Below, in pieces: positions 49,526 through 62,642 of a DNA stretch of 64,000 bases. Each line of letters starts with the position of its first letter. Within the stretch, counting starts at the first letter, position 1. The position numbers and the translations under genes are program-made. The DNA lies in the NCBI RefSeq assembly GCF_006345805.1, contig NC_043017.1, forward strand, positions 9,796,001 through 9,860,000, in the 5' to 3' direction. Source of the DNA: Octopus sinensis. Its lineage: Eukaryota. The notes under the pieces were generated by a model that was not told where the DNA came from, did no database searches, and saw only the letters and a program-made list of their open reading frames with translations.

Positions 49526-50355
49526 TTATACACACACACCTCTTGTAACTCCTTTGATACCAGTGAAGCTTTTACCACCCTTGTTCTAATAACAGAAACT
49601 TCCTATGTAAAGTAATATAAAATTAAAAATTACCATTAAAATTTCATGTTAATTTATGTTTCAAACACCACATTGATATTGGCAAAGTTATTTTGTTAAA
49701 TTCTTCACCATTTTCAAAATGATCTAAAACAAAGGTGGTCTGTTGCATAGAATATGGTTAACGAAATGGTCAAAGAAATCCTTTTGTTTTGTCTTTTGGT
49801 ATAATTTTATTAAGAATCACCTTTAGATTGAGTTTCTATTCCAAATGTTATCTGGAGTACTTATTTGGGGTATTTTAGCCCGGTGGTTAAGCTGTCTGAC
49901 TTAACACTTATAAGGCCATGGGCTCAATTCCTGGACTAGCTGATCTATGCAATACGTCCTTGGACAAGACACTTCATTTCCCATCGCTCCTGTCCGCTCT
50001 GCTACAGAGTTGTGCTTCACAGACCAATTATTGGCTCAAAATCTTGCAAATAAAACATATCACTGGCTGTCAAGGGCTACAACATACTGGACGATAATAA
50101 TAATAATAAGCATCACTGAATTTCTGTTTCACCTGGTTTTGTTGTAACGAAACCTTTTAGTTGGGCTTTTTTTTAAAAATAATTTCTCAGCTAATTATCT
50201 CAATGTTTGTCACTTAGAATTGGTTTAAATAAATATATTTAAAATTTCATTGTTTCTTCCTTTTTATTTACTAGTGGCTGTGTGGTAAGAAGTTTCCTTC
50301 CCAACCATATGGTTCAGGGTTCAGTCCCACTGCCTAGCATCTTGGATGAGTGTCT

Positions 50356-50492
50356 TCTACGATAGCCTCTAGCTGACCAAAACCTTGTAAGTTGATTTCA
50401 TCATCATCATCATCATCATCGTTTAATGATGATGATGATGATGATGATGAAATCAACTTACAAGGTTTTGGTCAGCTAGAGGCTATCGTAGA
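50356..50492. repeat. Perfect fold-back inverted repeat, 65-bp arms, 7-nt loop, inside a SINE B copy
   Basis: 50356-50420 is the reverse complement of 50428-50492. Confidence 0.95.
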
Positions 50493-52640
50493 TGAAAACT
50501 GAAAGAAGCCCATAATATATATATATCATTTAATGTCTGCTTTCCATGCTGGCATGGGTTAGATTGTGGCCATGTGTGTATGTGCTTCTTCGTCCCCAAT
50601 CACCATTGACAACCGGTGTTGGTATGTTTATGTCCTTGTAACTTAGCAGTTCAGCAAAATAGACCAACAGAGTAAGTACCAAGGCGTCGATTTGCTTGAC
50701 TAAAATTCCTCAAGGCAGTGCTCCAGCATGGCTGCAGTCTAATGACTGAGACAAGTAAAATGATATTCTTACTTTCTTTTCTTATTTGCTGGCTTCGGTG
50801 AAGGCACATGGTCAAGTGGTTCGGGTGTTGAACTTGAAATTGTAAGATTGTGGGTTTGTTTCCTCCAACTTACACAGTACATTGTGTTCTTGAGCAAGAC
50901 ACTTCATTTAACATTGCTCCAGTCCACTCAGCTGTAAAAGGAACAAACCCCATGATGGACTTATGTCCTGTTCAGGGGAAGTATTGTGATCTCTGTCGTT
51001 TATATACCATGGAAACCTGGTCTTAGGAGGGTCATTATGCCAATAGTAAACATACTGTTCTATATTTTAGAGATGAGGAATTATTTACATCAGATAGATA
51101 GGTTAAGAGTGTGAGTTACTAACCTTAAAATTCTAGGTTTAATCCCAAGCAGTAACTTCAATAAATAACATCAGCAAAAAATACCTTAGGAATGAGAACA
51201 AAGTACCCCATTAGTCAAATAAAAGGTTTGGTTTGAAATTCCGCCAGGACACCTGATGAAGGCTGGAGAGTACATCAGCCAAGACGTTGTGGTAACAACA
51301 AAGGTGAGGACACCTATTTGTACAATGTTAATAAACACACCACTGGCAAATAATGAAGTGAAATTGAACTAATTGGTTAGCTATTTAACCAACGATGAAG
51401 TAAAGAGAAATAATTTTAAGTAAAGAATAAACTTTTATTCATTTAATGGGAAAAAAAGAAACAAAAACAAAAAAGACAAACAAAAACTTTCAGAATAACA
51501 ACAACAATATGAATACATGTGGTAAAATGTAAAATGTATTGTTCAGAAGTAAATTGCAGGTTTTATCACAGAATAATTAGCACAAGGAGAGGTGGGGAGG
51601 GTCAGAAAGAAAAAAAAAACGAAAAAAAACAATGGAATGGGTGCAGACATGGCTGTTTTGGTTAAAAAAATTCTCTTTGCAATCATTACAGGTTTAGGTT
51701 CAATCTCATTGCACAGCACCTTGGGCAAGTGTCTTCTACCATATGTAACCTTTGGGAGTTTACCAATGTCTTGCATGTGGAATTTGGTAGAAGGGAACAG
51801 TGCGAAAGCCCAATGTACATGCATACATATACATACATATATATTTACACACACAGAGACGCGTGCGTGTGTGTATATATATATATACACACACACACAC
51901 ATCTAGATATATATATATATGTATATACAAACACACATACACATATGCATGCATTTATACATATGCACGTATATGTTCATATGATTTATTTCTATGTATA
52001 TACATACACATATATATATATTTGTACATACATATGTATATTTATGCAATGGATGTAAACATCAGCAAGAAACCAAGATGCAAAAATTATATATAAATAA
52101 TATACTAGTTTTTTTTCCTTTTTCCATTTTTTTTTTTAATGAAGTCTCCTGTTGATATTTGTTCTGCACCGAGCTACAGACACTCCCTTGTAACTTTCGG
52201 CATATATTGAAAACAACAGTCAACCAGACCAGTGATTAGTTCCATTGGAACGAACGGTTGCTGACGCTAATGTTCAGCAAATAGAGATACAAAATAAATT
52301 AACCATATGTTTTATTTCAGTTTTATTTCATTATGTTAAGTTCGTTCCATCCATTTTATATTTGTGTTGAGTGACGGACATCGAAGAGAAGGCAAATAGG
52401 TGGAAAGTTGTAGATTCGGTGTGCAGAGGCAGAAGTTGTCAAAAACAAACAAACAAACAACAACAATAATAATAATAATAAGGAAAACATAACAAAAACA
52501 ATAACAAGGTGTTGGAGGTCGGTGGTGGTGGTGGTGGTTTTAGCAGTTATTAGCCATAGTGACATTGGTGTTGGCTGGTGTTAGAGGAGGTGGTGGTGGT
52601 TTTTGGTGGTGGTGGTAGTCGTGATGGTCAATGTATAATT

Positions 52641-52676
52641 TCAAGTGAGTTTCTCGGATTTTAAAGTCTTGCTAGC
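52641..52676 (-). CDS. ZUP1: ZUP1 terminal exon: ASKTLKSEKLT-stop
   Basis: T-rich tract plus ttgcag acceptor, phase 0; resembles the recalled human C-terminus ASQVFTAEKIP. Confidence 0.8.
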   Translation of the reverse strand, partial: ASKTLKSEKLT

Positions 52677-52854
52677 CTGCAACAGTGAATAATAAAAAAA
52701 AAAGTGTATACAGGTATTCATTTAAACATAATTGTAGTCGGAACTTGTTACACAGTAATTAATTTCGTTAGCAGACAAAGGTGAACGTAAGAAATGAAGG
52801 TGAGCGTAAGAAATGAAAACTTAACAAAAGAAACTTAAATTCAGAGTGTATATA

Positions 52855-52858
52855 CCTA

Positions 52859-52908
<50 letters not shown>

Positions 52909-53350
52909 TATATATACACACACACACGTATATATACACACACACATGTATACATATACACACACACATATATACATATACACACACATATATACATATA
53001 CACACACATATATACATATACACACATATATACATACACACACATATATACATATACACACACATATATACATATACACACATATATATATATACACACA
53101 CATATATATACACACACATATATATACACACACATATATATACACACACACATATATATACACACACATATATATACACACACATATATATACACACACA
53201 CACATATATACATATACACACACATATATATATACACACACACATATATACATATACACACACATATATACATATACACACACATATATATATACACACA
53301 CATATTATATACACACACACATATATATATACACACACATATATATATAT
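52855..53350. repeat. Compound (TA)n(CA)n microsatellite in the last ZUP1 intron
   Basis: Direct reading. Confidence 0.95.
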
Positions 53351-53691
53351 ATTAATTGAATAAAATTAAAACAGTCTGGTTTTAACGTTTTTTATTACGG
53401 TATTTTAACAAAATCAGCGCTTTCCATACATAGTGTACCCATCGGATTTCAAATGTGTTTTACTGACAGTTGAGTCCTTGACAACTTTAGTACCTCTTAG
53501 AAGGTATTCTAAAAATTCAGTTGGTTGGAGCATTCCAAGAGGTACCAAAGTTGTCAAGGACTCAACTGTCAGTTAAACACATTTGAAATCCGATGGGAAC
53601 ACTATGTATGTTTGAAAGCGCTGGTTTTGTTAAAATGCCATAATAAAAAACGTTAAAACCAGACTATGTTTTAACTTTATTCAACTGATAT
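53350..53691. mobile_element. Almost fully palindromic MITE in TA-rich flanks; related half-copy at about 17130-17342
   Basis: About 150-bp imperfect inverted arms around a ~30-nt spacer. Confidence 0.8.
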
Positions 53692-53725
53692 ATTATTCTA
53701 TACACATTCACCCAAATTCGGAACA

Positions 53726-53774
<49 letters not shown>

Positions 53775-53974
53775 ATATATATACACACACTTGTATGCAG
53801 ATAATTACTTAAATTCTGTACACATAAAACGCACACACGCAAATGATTATCTCCCTTGCAATACCAAGAACCACTATGGGGAGCGCGTGTTTGAATACAA
53901 TTAACTAGCTTTGCTCTGAAGCAAATTTGGCCATTGCGGTTTTAACTTCTGAAATTACTTCAGAACAAAGCTAA

Positions 53975-54393
53975 GGATCTTTTCGGTTTGAACGGCAGTT
54001 TTTTTAAATAATTTCCATGTAACTAAACACTTTTAAACTTCGTATACTGGTAGAATGTGTTTATAAAACATCTTTTTCTCTTGGCTTTATTGAGAAAATT
54101 CTATGGTTTGTAAGATATTTGTTGTTTTTTTCTTCAATTTCTGCAATTTCAACCAGTCAATGACGTCTCTTGAGGTGAAAGCATTCTGTGCCGTATGAAT
54201 ATGTCCCTCGTTTAAGAAACAGATTGGGTTTATTTACATTTCTGAAGAAAAAAAAGATACCCTTCCCCCCACCCCTAACCCTAAAACAGATTGAAATGCA
54301 ATAGATCGATACTAGGGTCATAATTATGGGTGACAATTTTATATGAAAAAACTGCTGTTATAGAAAAAACTGCTGTTCAAACCGAAAAGATCC
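53975..54393. mobile_element. Mutator-like (MULE) MITE, 419 bp
   Basis: About 30-bp TIR GGATCTTTTCGGTTTGAAC(G/A)GCAGTTTTTT; perfect 9-bp TSD CAAAGCTAA (53966-53974, 54394-54402). Confidence 0.88.
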
Positions 54394-54944
54394 CAAAGCT
54401 AAACCATTTTCATCTTTTAACGTAGAGTTTCTATGGCTGACAATCTTCTCAAATGAGGGTGAGAGAGAGACACAGAGCTAATGAGACAAGTCTTTGGAAA
54501 AATTTAAGCTTTGAATGAAGCAAGAATATTTAAATATTATCAAGGAAAGCGGGACTCTGAGGAATGTATCACACAGGTCCATTAGTATGTGCATATGCCC
54601 TAATGTTATGTGAACCTGCTCCTTCCAGCCAACCACTTGGGGTTAAATATATTTCTTTACTACCCATAAGGGGAAAAACATAGAGGGGACAGACAAAGGG
54701 ATTAAGTCGATTACATCGATCCCAGTGCGAAACTGGTACTTTATTTATCGACCCCGAAGGGAAGAAAGGCAAAGTCGACCTCGGCGGAATTTGAACTCAA
54801 AACGTAGCAACAGACGAAATACAGCTACGCATTTCGCCCGGCGTGCTAACGTTTCTGCCAGCTCGCCCCGCCTTATTGGGGTTAAACAGGCTTTATAATT
54901 CAAGGTTAAGCTTGAGAGAGCAGGGGACTAGCAGAGTAAAGTGT

Positions 54945-55170
54945 CAGTTGACAAAATTCAATGGGAAGACAGCTGCAACACTCTGGTCACTGCATGTGCC
55001 ACCATGAACTGGAAACAGCTCAATGAGTCCTGTGGAACCCACTTCATGGTGATGAAAGATGAGGAAATCATTGTCAACTTGATTGCAGACACAGGCTTGG
55101 GATGTATCCAGGACATTGAGGCAATGATGATGGATTGAGAAGTGTGGTGTTTGGACTTTGTTGCTGTGGC
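54945..55170 (+). mobile_element. Degenerate RTE LINE ORF2 C-terminal fragment
   Basis: Frameshifted GHC...LWNPLHG...ADTGLGCIQDIEAMMMD*EVW. Confidence 0.6.
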
Positions 55171-55620
55171 CTGGGTTGGGAGTTGACCATAATCATCATC
55201 ATTATCGTTTAGCGTCCGCTTTCCATGCTAGCATGGGTTGGACGGTTCAACTGGGGTCTGAGAAGCCAGAAGGCTGCACCAGGCCCAGTCTGATCTGGCA
55301 TTGTTTCTACGGCTGGATGCCCTTCCTAATGCCAACCACTCCGTGAGTGTAGTGGCTGCTTTTACGTGCCACCGGCACAGGTGCCAGACGAGGCTGGCAA
55401 ATGGCCACGATAGGATGGTGCTTTTTACATGCCACCGGCACAAGGCCAGTCGGGGCGGTGCTGGCAACGGCCACGTTCGGATGGTTTTCTTACATACCAC
55501 CGGCACTGGTATCACAGCTGCAGGGAAACCATTCCTGTAATGTGTGCATACGTGCAAATACACACACACACACAGATTTATACCCACATTCACAAAACAA
55601 GAACAAATAAATCTACTAAC

Positions 55621-55841
55621 GTGCCATTCTTGGTCACTGAGGGTTCCAATGACTGCGACAATCTGGTATTGGTCTTTAGTCATGTTGCTTAAGTATTTGC
55701 GTAGGGGCTGCATCAAGGCTGGCGTCGTCTGGGCTTTGAGTTTCTTCATGTGGGACTTACTACTGGCCGGGTCCAATATCAATAATGTAATGGCACCTGT
55801 CTGTCGAGAAGTCTCAACCCCTATCACTGTCTGACTATGAC
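55621..55841 (-). CDS. ZUP1: ZUP1 exon with catalytic His and Asp: GHSQTVIGVETSRQTGAITLLILDPASSKSHMKKLKAQTTPALMQPLRKYLSNMTKDQYQIVAVIGTLSDQEWH
   Basis: ctccag acceptor, CAC|gttagt donor; matches ZUFSP GHSRTVIGIE...LLILDP...QYQILAV; His codon 55839-55837, Asp codon 55773-55771. Confidence 0.92.
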
Positions 55842-58078
55842 CTGGAGATAGAGATCAAGGAGAATTACCTTCAGAAAATAGAAAACAATGAACAAAAAAA
55901 GTGGGGTAGTGACAGTGGTTTGCAACCACATGGTTTTCAGTTTAGTTCCACTGTAAGGCCCCTTAGGCAAGTACCTTGCCCTCTGGTGGTAGACTGAAAG
56001 AAGCCCACCATCATGTATGTATGTGTGTAGTCTTATTTGTTTCAGTCATTTGACTGCAGCCACATTGGAGCACTGCCTTTAATGCTGGATACATATCATC
56101 ATCATCGTTTAGCGTCCGCTTTCCATGCTAGCATGGTTGGACGGTTCGACCGGGGTTCTGGGAAGCCAGAAGGCTGCACCAGGCCCAGTCTAATCTGGCA
56201 ATGTTTCTACAGCTGGATGCCCTTCCTAACGCCAACCACTCCGTGAGTGTAGTGGGTGCTTTTTACGTGCCACCTGCACAGGTACCAGGCGAGGCTGGCA
56301 TATATTTCTGTATATGTATGTGTGTGTATGAGTGCGTGGATGCGTGTGTATGTGCGTGTGTGTGCGTGAATACGTGTGTGTGTGTGTGTGTGTGTGTGCA
56401 TGCGTATTTTATTTATGTTGTGTTTGTCTCCTACCAACTGCTTGACAGCCCATGTTGGTTTGTTTATGTCTCTGCAGCTTAGCACTCCAGCACTAGGAGA
56501 TTGAGGGAATAGGGACCAGACTTAAAACAAGTACTGGGGTCAGTTTGTGTGACTAAGCCCATCAAGTCCTTAACGAGTAGGAAATTTCTAAAAAATTTAA
56601 AAAATAAAAAGACAAAAGAGATATAATATTAGAAAACATGCATAGAATTCCAAAACCCTACAACACCCCAAGACAATTATGACGTCCATCACACATCCAA
56701 CAGATGCAGCCTGAATCCATCAATGTGGCTGAGTGGTTAAGGTATTTGGCTACCACTCAAAATGTCATGGGTTCAATTCAAACATTCAAACATGACTTAC
56801 AAACATGGAGCATACTTTTAAAAATTCTTTTAGTTGCCTATGTAGTTGTGAGCAAAGATACTGCTGATCCTTAACGTAGGGTTACATCTAAGATGTAGCA
56901 GCAGGAAGGGCTTCTTTCAGTTTCTCTCTACCAAATCCACTCACAAGGCTATGGTTGGCTGGGAGCAATAATAAAAAAAAAATGTTTTAAACTTGTGCCA
57001 TTCAGTAGGACTGAACCCAAAACCACATGGTTGGCATGCAAACTTCTTACCACACAGCCATGCCAACCTGCATTCTGCTTATGCTAATCAGTCTCACAAC
57101 AAACCCCTTACATCCAAGGCTGTGGAGTCAGAGTTGGAAACAATTAAGGAGTAACTAGAGTCGGAAAAACTATGCCAACCCCGACTCCCACTCACAACAT
57201 CTTTCTTCTTTAATACAAACCAGTTATAAGATATAGGCTGACTCAAAGTACAAGTGTATGCCTAAGCTTTATGAGATATGTAGACCACAATCACTTAATT
57301 ATATAAAGAGGAGTCAGAGTCACGAGGTGCCAATAGTAGAGGAGTCAGAGCTGAAGTTTTGTGTTTCGACTCCACAACCCCGCTTACATCTTCCTCCTTC
57401 CCTCCCTTTCCAATCAGTCTCACGTGCCTGTCATTGCACTAACCTCTATGCATCTGCTTAGAAATACTGTTTAATGCTCAGACATACAGACTGAATGGAT
57501 CGACGTGTACGGATTCGTTTCCAGTGATGAGAAAGGCACCCAATCCTTCACCACACAACTTAACTTCTCTGTGGCTGGTCCAGAGGTAAGGAGATCCAGG
57601 ATGACTAGGGTCAGGGACAAGTTGCCACATCCATGGTATGTAGTGAGGTGCCTTCACAGCCGGCCCCCTTGCTTTTGTCCTCATGTAGCTAATTAAAGTG
57701 CAAAACACAAAACTTGCTGCTGGATGTTGGACAGACAGAGAGGGTGTGTGACCAAGGTAGCTGCCAGATGCAAGAACAGATGCCGTTCTGGATCTGACGA
57801 AGGAAGGAAGACAAGGCAGGGCTTAGTCGATATACTAGTTAGCCTATAGCTGGGCCCCTAACAGTTGCTACTATTTTGGGTCAGAGTAGACCTGGGCACA
57901 ATAGCAGTTAAAAGGGGGTTTCACATTCCTCAAAACCCTGAAACTTCTGGTCTAATTGGATGCAGCTTCAAGTCATACCCAGGACATACCTAAACATATG
58001 GACATACATGCTTGCCACTTAAACGGATGGACAATAAGGTGGAGTTGATGTCGGTTGTGAAGGTGACACACGGCTTAC

Positions 58079-58212
58079 CTTGATACTGTAAGTAGAGAGG
58101 GGAGCGAAACTCGTGGTAATCCTTCCTTTTGAAGAAATCTCGAATCCATTGGAACATTCTAGGGTGTGTCTCTGGCTGTCCAGTTGGAGAATGGATATCT
58201 ATCAAACGGCAC
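58079..58212 (-). CDS. ZUP1: ZUP1 exon: CRLIDIHSPTGQPETHPRMFQWIRDFFKRKDYHEFRSPLYLQYQ
   Basis: ggacag acceptor, G|gtaagc donor; matches ZUFSP CHIVDFHKSTGPLGTHPRLFEWI...PPIYLQHQ; phases 2/1. Confidence 0.92.
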
Positions 58213-58737
58213 CTGTCCATGGGAAAACCAGAAATGGTTCAAATATACATTATGTCTGTATGCATATGTGTGTGTGTGTCTGTACACATGTGCATGTGAG
58301 TGTGTGTATATCTGTGTATTTGTGTCTGCATGTATGTACATACACTAGTGTGTGTGCATTGTGTGCATGCATTCGTGTGTATCTGTGTGTGCATTCAAGT
58401 GCACGTTCTGGCACGTGTGCGAGTGTGTGTATTCCTCTGTGTGTGTGTGTGTGTGTGTATATGTATGTATGTGTTCCTGTGTGTGTGTGTATGTGTTCCT
58501 GTGTGTGTGTGTTCCTGTGTGTGATTGTCCCCAATTGACAATTGATATTGGTTTGTTTACATCCCTGCAGCATAGCAGTTTGGCAAAAGAGTGCGAAAGA
58601 ATAGGCACCAGACACCAAAGATAAGCACCGTTTTTGATTCGTTCAAGCAAATATGCCAAGGTGGTGCTCCAGCAGGGCCACTGTCCAATTCCAGTGACCG
58701 GAACAAGATAAAAAAACGTAGAAGCCATTTAACTTAC

Positions 58738-58909
58738 TTGAACTTCAATGAAGACAGCATAGCAACAATTTCTGTGGCTCCAATCCATTTCCTTGTGTCC
58801 ACCAGTTTATTGCCCAATTGTTCAGCCCCTTGCTGGTCAAACCCATGCTGCCAAGCCCTTTCAATCAGCTGTTGCAACCGTTTTATCGATGCCACCAGAC
58901 CATTCTTTG
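58738..58909 (-). CDS. ZUP1: ZUP1 exon: KNGLVASIKRLQQLIERAWQHGFDQQGAEQLGNKLVDTRKWIGATEIVAMLSSLKF
   Basis: ttgcag acceptor, AA|gtaagt donor; C78 motifs AWxxGFDxQGA and WIGAxE. Confidence 0.93.
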
Positions 58910-60621
58910 CTGCAAATGTCAGAAATAGTCATGAGGTTGTAATAAATGAAGCAACCGATATAAAAAAAGAACTGCAGTCGATTCGTTTTTGACTAAAAAG
59001 AATTCTTCAAGGTGGTGCCATAGCATGGCAGCAGTCTGATGACTGAAACAAGCAAAAAATATAGAGTTATATAAATATATAAATGTCTGGATGATGTGTG
59101 TATATGTGTGGATATATTGTATTAAATATGAAAATATATGAATAACAGACAAAAATTGCCCAGCTGCAGTCATGGGAAAGCAAGCTTGAAGAAATTTGTT
59201 ACACTGTTGCAACAACAGCAACAATAATAATAATGAATCTTTCTACAAAAGGCACAAGGCCAGCAATTTTGGAGGAGACAGCTACATCGACCCCAGTGCT
59301 TGAGTGATACGTATTTTATTGACACCAAAAGGATAAAATGCAAAGTGGACCTTAGTGGAATTTGAACTCAGAACGTAGAGCAAGAAGAAATGCTGCTAAG
59401 TATTTTGTCTGGTGTGCTAATGCTCCTGCCAACTCACTGCCTTCATAATAATAATAATTATATTTCTTTATTGCCCACAAGGGGCTAAACATAGTTGGGA
59501 TGAACAAAGACAGACAAAGGGATTAAGTCGATTACATCGACCTCAGTGTGTAACTGGTACTTTATTTATTGACCCCAAAAGGATGAAAGGCAAAGTCGAC
59601 CTTGGTGGAATTTGAACTCAGAACGTAGCGGGCAGACGAAATACGGCTATGCATTTCGCCCGGCGTGCTAATGTTTCTAATAATGATGATGATAATAATA
59701 ATAATAATGGTTTCAAATTTTGCCACAAGAGCAGCCATTTTGGGGAAGGGGTTAAGTCAATTACATCGACCCCAGTGCTCGACTGGTACTCATTTTATCG
59801 ACTCCAAAACGATAAAAGGTAAAGTTAACTTCAGAGGAATTTGAACTCAGAATGTGAAGATGAGTGAAAAACTGCTAAGCATTTCATCCAGCATGCTAAC
59901 AATTATGCCAGCTCACCGCCATAATAACAATACTAATAATGGTTTCAAATTTTGTCACAAGGGCAGCCATTTGCTGGGGAGGGAATGAATCAATTACATT
60001 GACCCCAGTGTTCAACTGGTTCTTATTTTATCAACCCCAAAAGGATGAAAGGCAAAGTCAACCTCAATGGAATTTGAATGAAGCGACGGGCGAAATACCT
60101 ATTTCTTTACTACCCACAAGAGGCTAAACACAGAGAGGACAAACAAGGACAGACAAACAGATTAAGTCGATTATATCGACCTCAGTGCGTAACTGGTACT
60201 TATTTAATCGACCCTGAAAGGATGAAATGCAAAGTCAACCTTGGTGGAATTTGAACTCAGAATGTAACAGCAGATGAAATAGCGCTAAGCATTTCGCCCG
60301 GCGTGCTAACGATTCTGCCAGTTCGCCGCCTTAAAAATAATAATAGTTTGAAACTTTGGCATAGGGCCATCAGTTTTTGAAGTCTTGGGGAAGTTAATTA
60401 CATTGAGCCCAGTACTTGACTGGTATTATTTCACCGACCCCATCAGGATGAAAGGCAAATTCAACCGTCATGGAATTTGAACTCAGAACATAAAGACGGA
60501 TGAAATGCTGCTAAGCATTTTGTCCAGAGTGTTACCAATTTTACCAGCTCACCCCCATAACAATAACAACAATTGTAACAATATCAATAAGAATAAATTA
60601 GTATAAAAACAAGGTAGGTAC

Positions 60622-60819
60622 ATTTGTAGTCATCGGAGAGCAAGTTCTCATAAACGGGCTCTTTGACCAGGCTGGAAAGCATCATCTGCAGATTTCGGTA
60701 TCCGCATCCCCATCCAGTATCTCCAAACGAACCTCCATAATGGTCGACATCTGAGCATAACCAAACATCTTTGTTTTTGCTGTGTTGCTTGTAATATTCC
60801 CGTAATGCTACGATGATCC
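60622..60819 (-). CDS. ZUP1: ZUP1 exon with catalytic Cys: IIVALREYYKQHSKNKDVWLCSDVDHYGGSFGDTGWGCGYRNLQMMLSSLVKEPVYENLLSDDYK
   Basis: tttgtag acceptor; DxGWGCGYRNxQM motif (Cys codon 60706-60704); donor T|gtacct is weak but is the only in-phase GT before the stop, so the 3' boundary is less certain. Confidence 0.9.
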
Positions 60820-61729
60820 CTACAAAAAAAGAATAACAATAAAGTAAAACATTTTGCTTTCGTATTTGGTTTACAAGAGTTTTGATGTGAACTTGTGGGT
60901 GGAAACGGATTTTGTATCACAGGGATTTATATAAATGTTAACACTAAAAGACAAATCTGATGCTGACCTGGAGTAGCGAAAGCTTGTCATTGAAGAGGTC
61001 GCAAACAGCAAAGAAGTGAAAGTGAAACAGTGTGTGTGTTTATTATTGGCATAATGACCCTGCCAAGGAACAACAAAATCTAAATCATTATTACATCATA
61101 TTTCCTTTTAATATTGAACACATCTAAGTACTGTGCCACTGTTTTTATCAAATCTGTTTGCATAACACTTTGCCTGCCAAATCCGTTTTGGCCATATTTT
61201 CTTTTGCAATAGCAATTCGAATTTTGTTACAAATTATGTATTTAAAAATTTTTTATAACCACGTGTAATCTTCTAGTTTGATATATAAACTACATTGATT
61301 AACAGCATGGGTATAACTGCTGCAGGAGTCAGAAGTTATACCCAAGTAATTACACACACACAATTCATATACTTCTTTACATTTGCTGTTTGTATTTTAC
61401 TGACATACAGCAAAACCTTAGATATACACACATTAACCCACACATTCCTCATAACTCTTTGCAAACATTCCCCCACTTCCACATTTCACTAACATATATT
61501 ACACAATTTGAGAAAGACAGACAGACAGACAGACAGAGTCAGAGAGAGAGAGAGAAAAACCCTTTGATTATATCCAAAATCCTTTGGTCGTTGATATACT
61601 CAGAGCTCCGCTGAGTACATACTACAGGAGTGGCAGGTAACTCCTGTTATCTAGAGTAACAGGATAACAGGAGTTATCTACCACTTCTAATGAAGATCTC
61701 ACAACAGATTACAGTCAAGTACAACGATA

Positions 61730-62560
61730 CAGTACTGGACGTCTTATCCAGCTTCCAGAAATCCGGAATTCCCGAACATTGGGTAACAGTGTGCAACATA
61801 CTGTACTCCGTATTGAGTAAAGAGACCCTGTTTTTGAAGTTGGTTAATTTAGTAGATTAAAAAGACTAAAACATACTCTGTTTTAGAATCGTATTAATTT
61901 GTACCTGTAACTGTTAAGTAAAATCATATTTTTTTCTTCATTTAAATTTCATCCTATAAACATTATCCTGTATACATGGAACAGTTTGATAGATTCTACG
62001 AATTTTAAGTGGATTAATGAATATCAAACAAATCCATCTTTAGAAATGTATGAATTGGAATCTGTGAAATGCAATTTAGTTCTTTACTTTTCACAGTTTA
62101 TTTTATATTTTAATTATGTATTTAAACATTTCTACTGTATTGGAGTCTATTCAGGCTATAAGCTCAGTGAGACTCTTTTGTATTAGACATCATATTATGC
62201 CAGCGCTGCCTGACTGGCGTCCGTGTCGGTGACATGTAAAGAGCACCAACCGATCATAGTTGTTTGCCAGCCTCCTCTGGCTCCTGTGCTGGTGGCACAT
62301 AAAAAGCACCCAACTACACTCACAGAGTGGTTGGCGTTAGGAAGGGCATCCAGCCGTAGAAACACTGCCAGATCAGACTGGAGCCTGGTGCAACCTCCTG
62401 GCTTCCCAGACCCTGGTTGAACCGTCCAACCCGTGCTAGCATAGAAAACGGACGTAAAACGATGATGATGATGATTTAGACTGTCTCCAGAAAACCAGAA
62501 AATCTAGAAATCTGGGACATTTCTGGTTCCAAGCTTGCCAATATAATTGATCCAGTACTG
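61730..62560. mobile_element. pogo/Tigger-like element interrupted by an RTE 3'-UTR copy (about 62190-62475)
   Basis: TA|CAGTACTGGA ... TCCAGTACTG|TA termini. Confidence 0.5.
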
Positions 62561-62642
62561 TATAATATAGACAACAACAATCAACATGTGAGCAAAAGGG
62601 AAAACGGTAAATCTGTGGTCTTTTTGTTTTGTTTTTTTTTAC

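Noticed and set aside
55228-58220. GC-richer ORFs first read as LINE fragments
   Set aside because: They splice in phase into ZUP1 and were reassigned as exons
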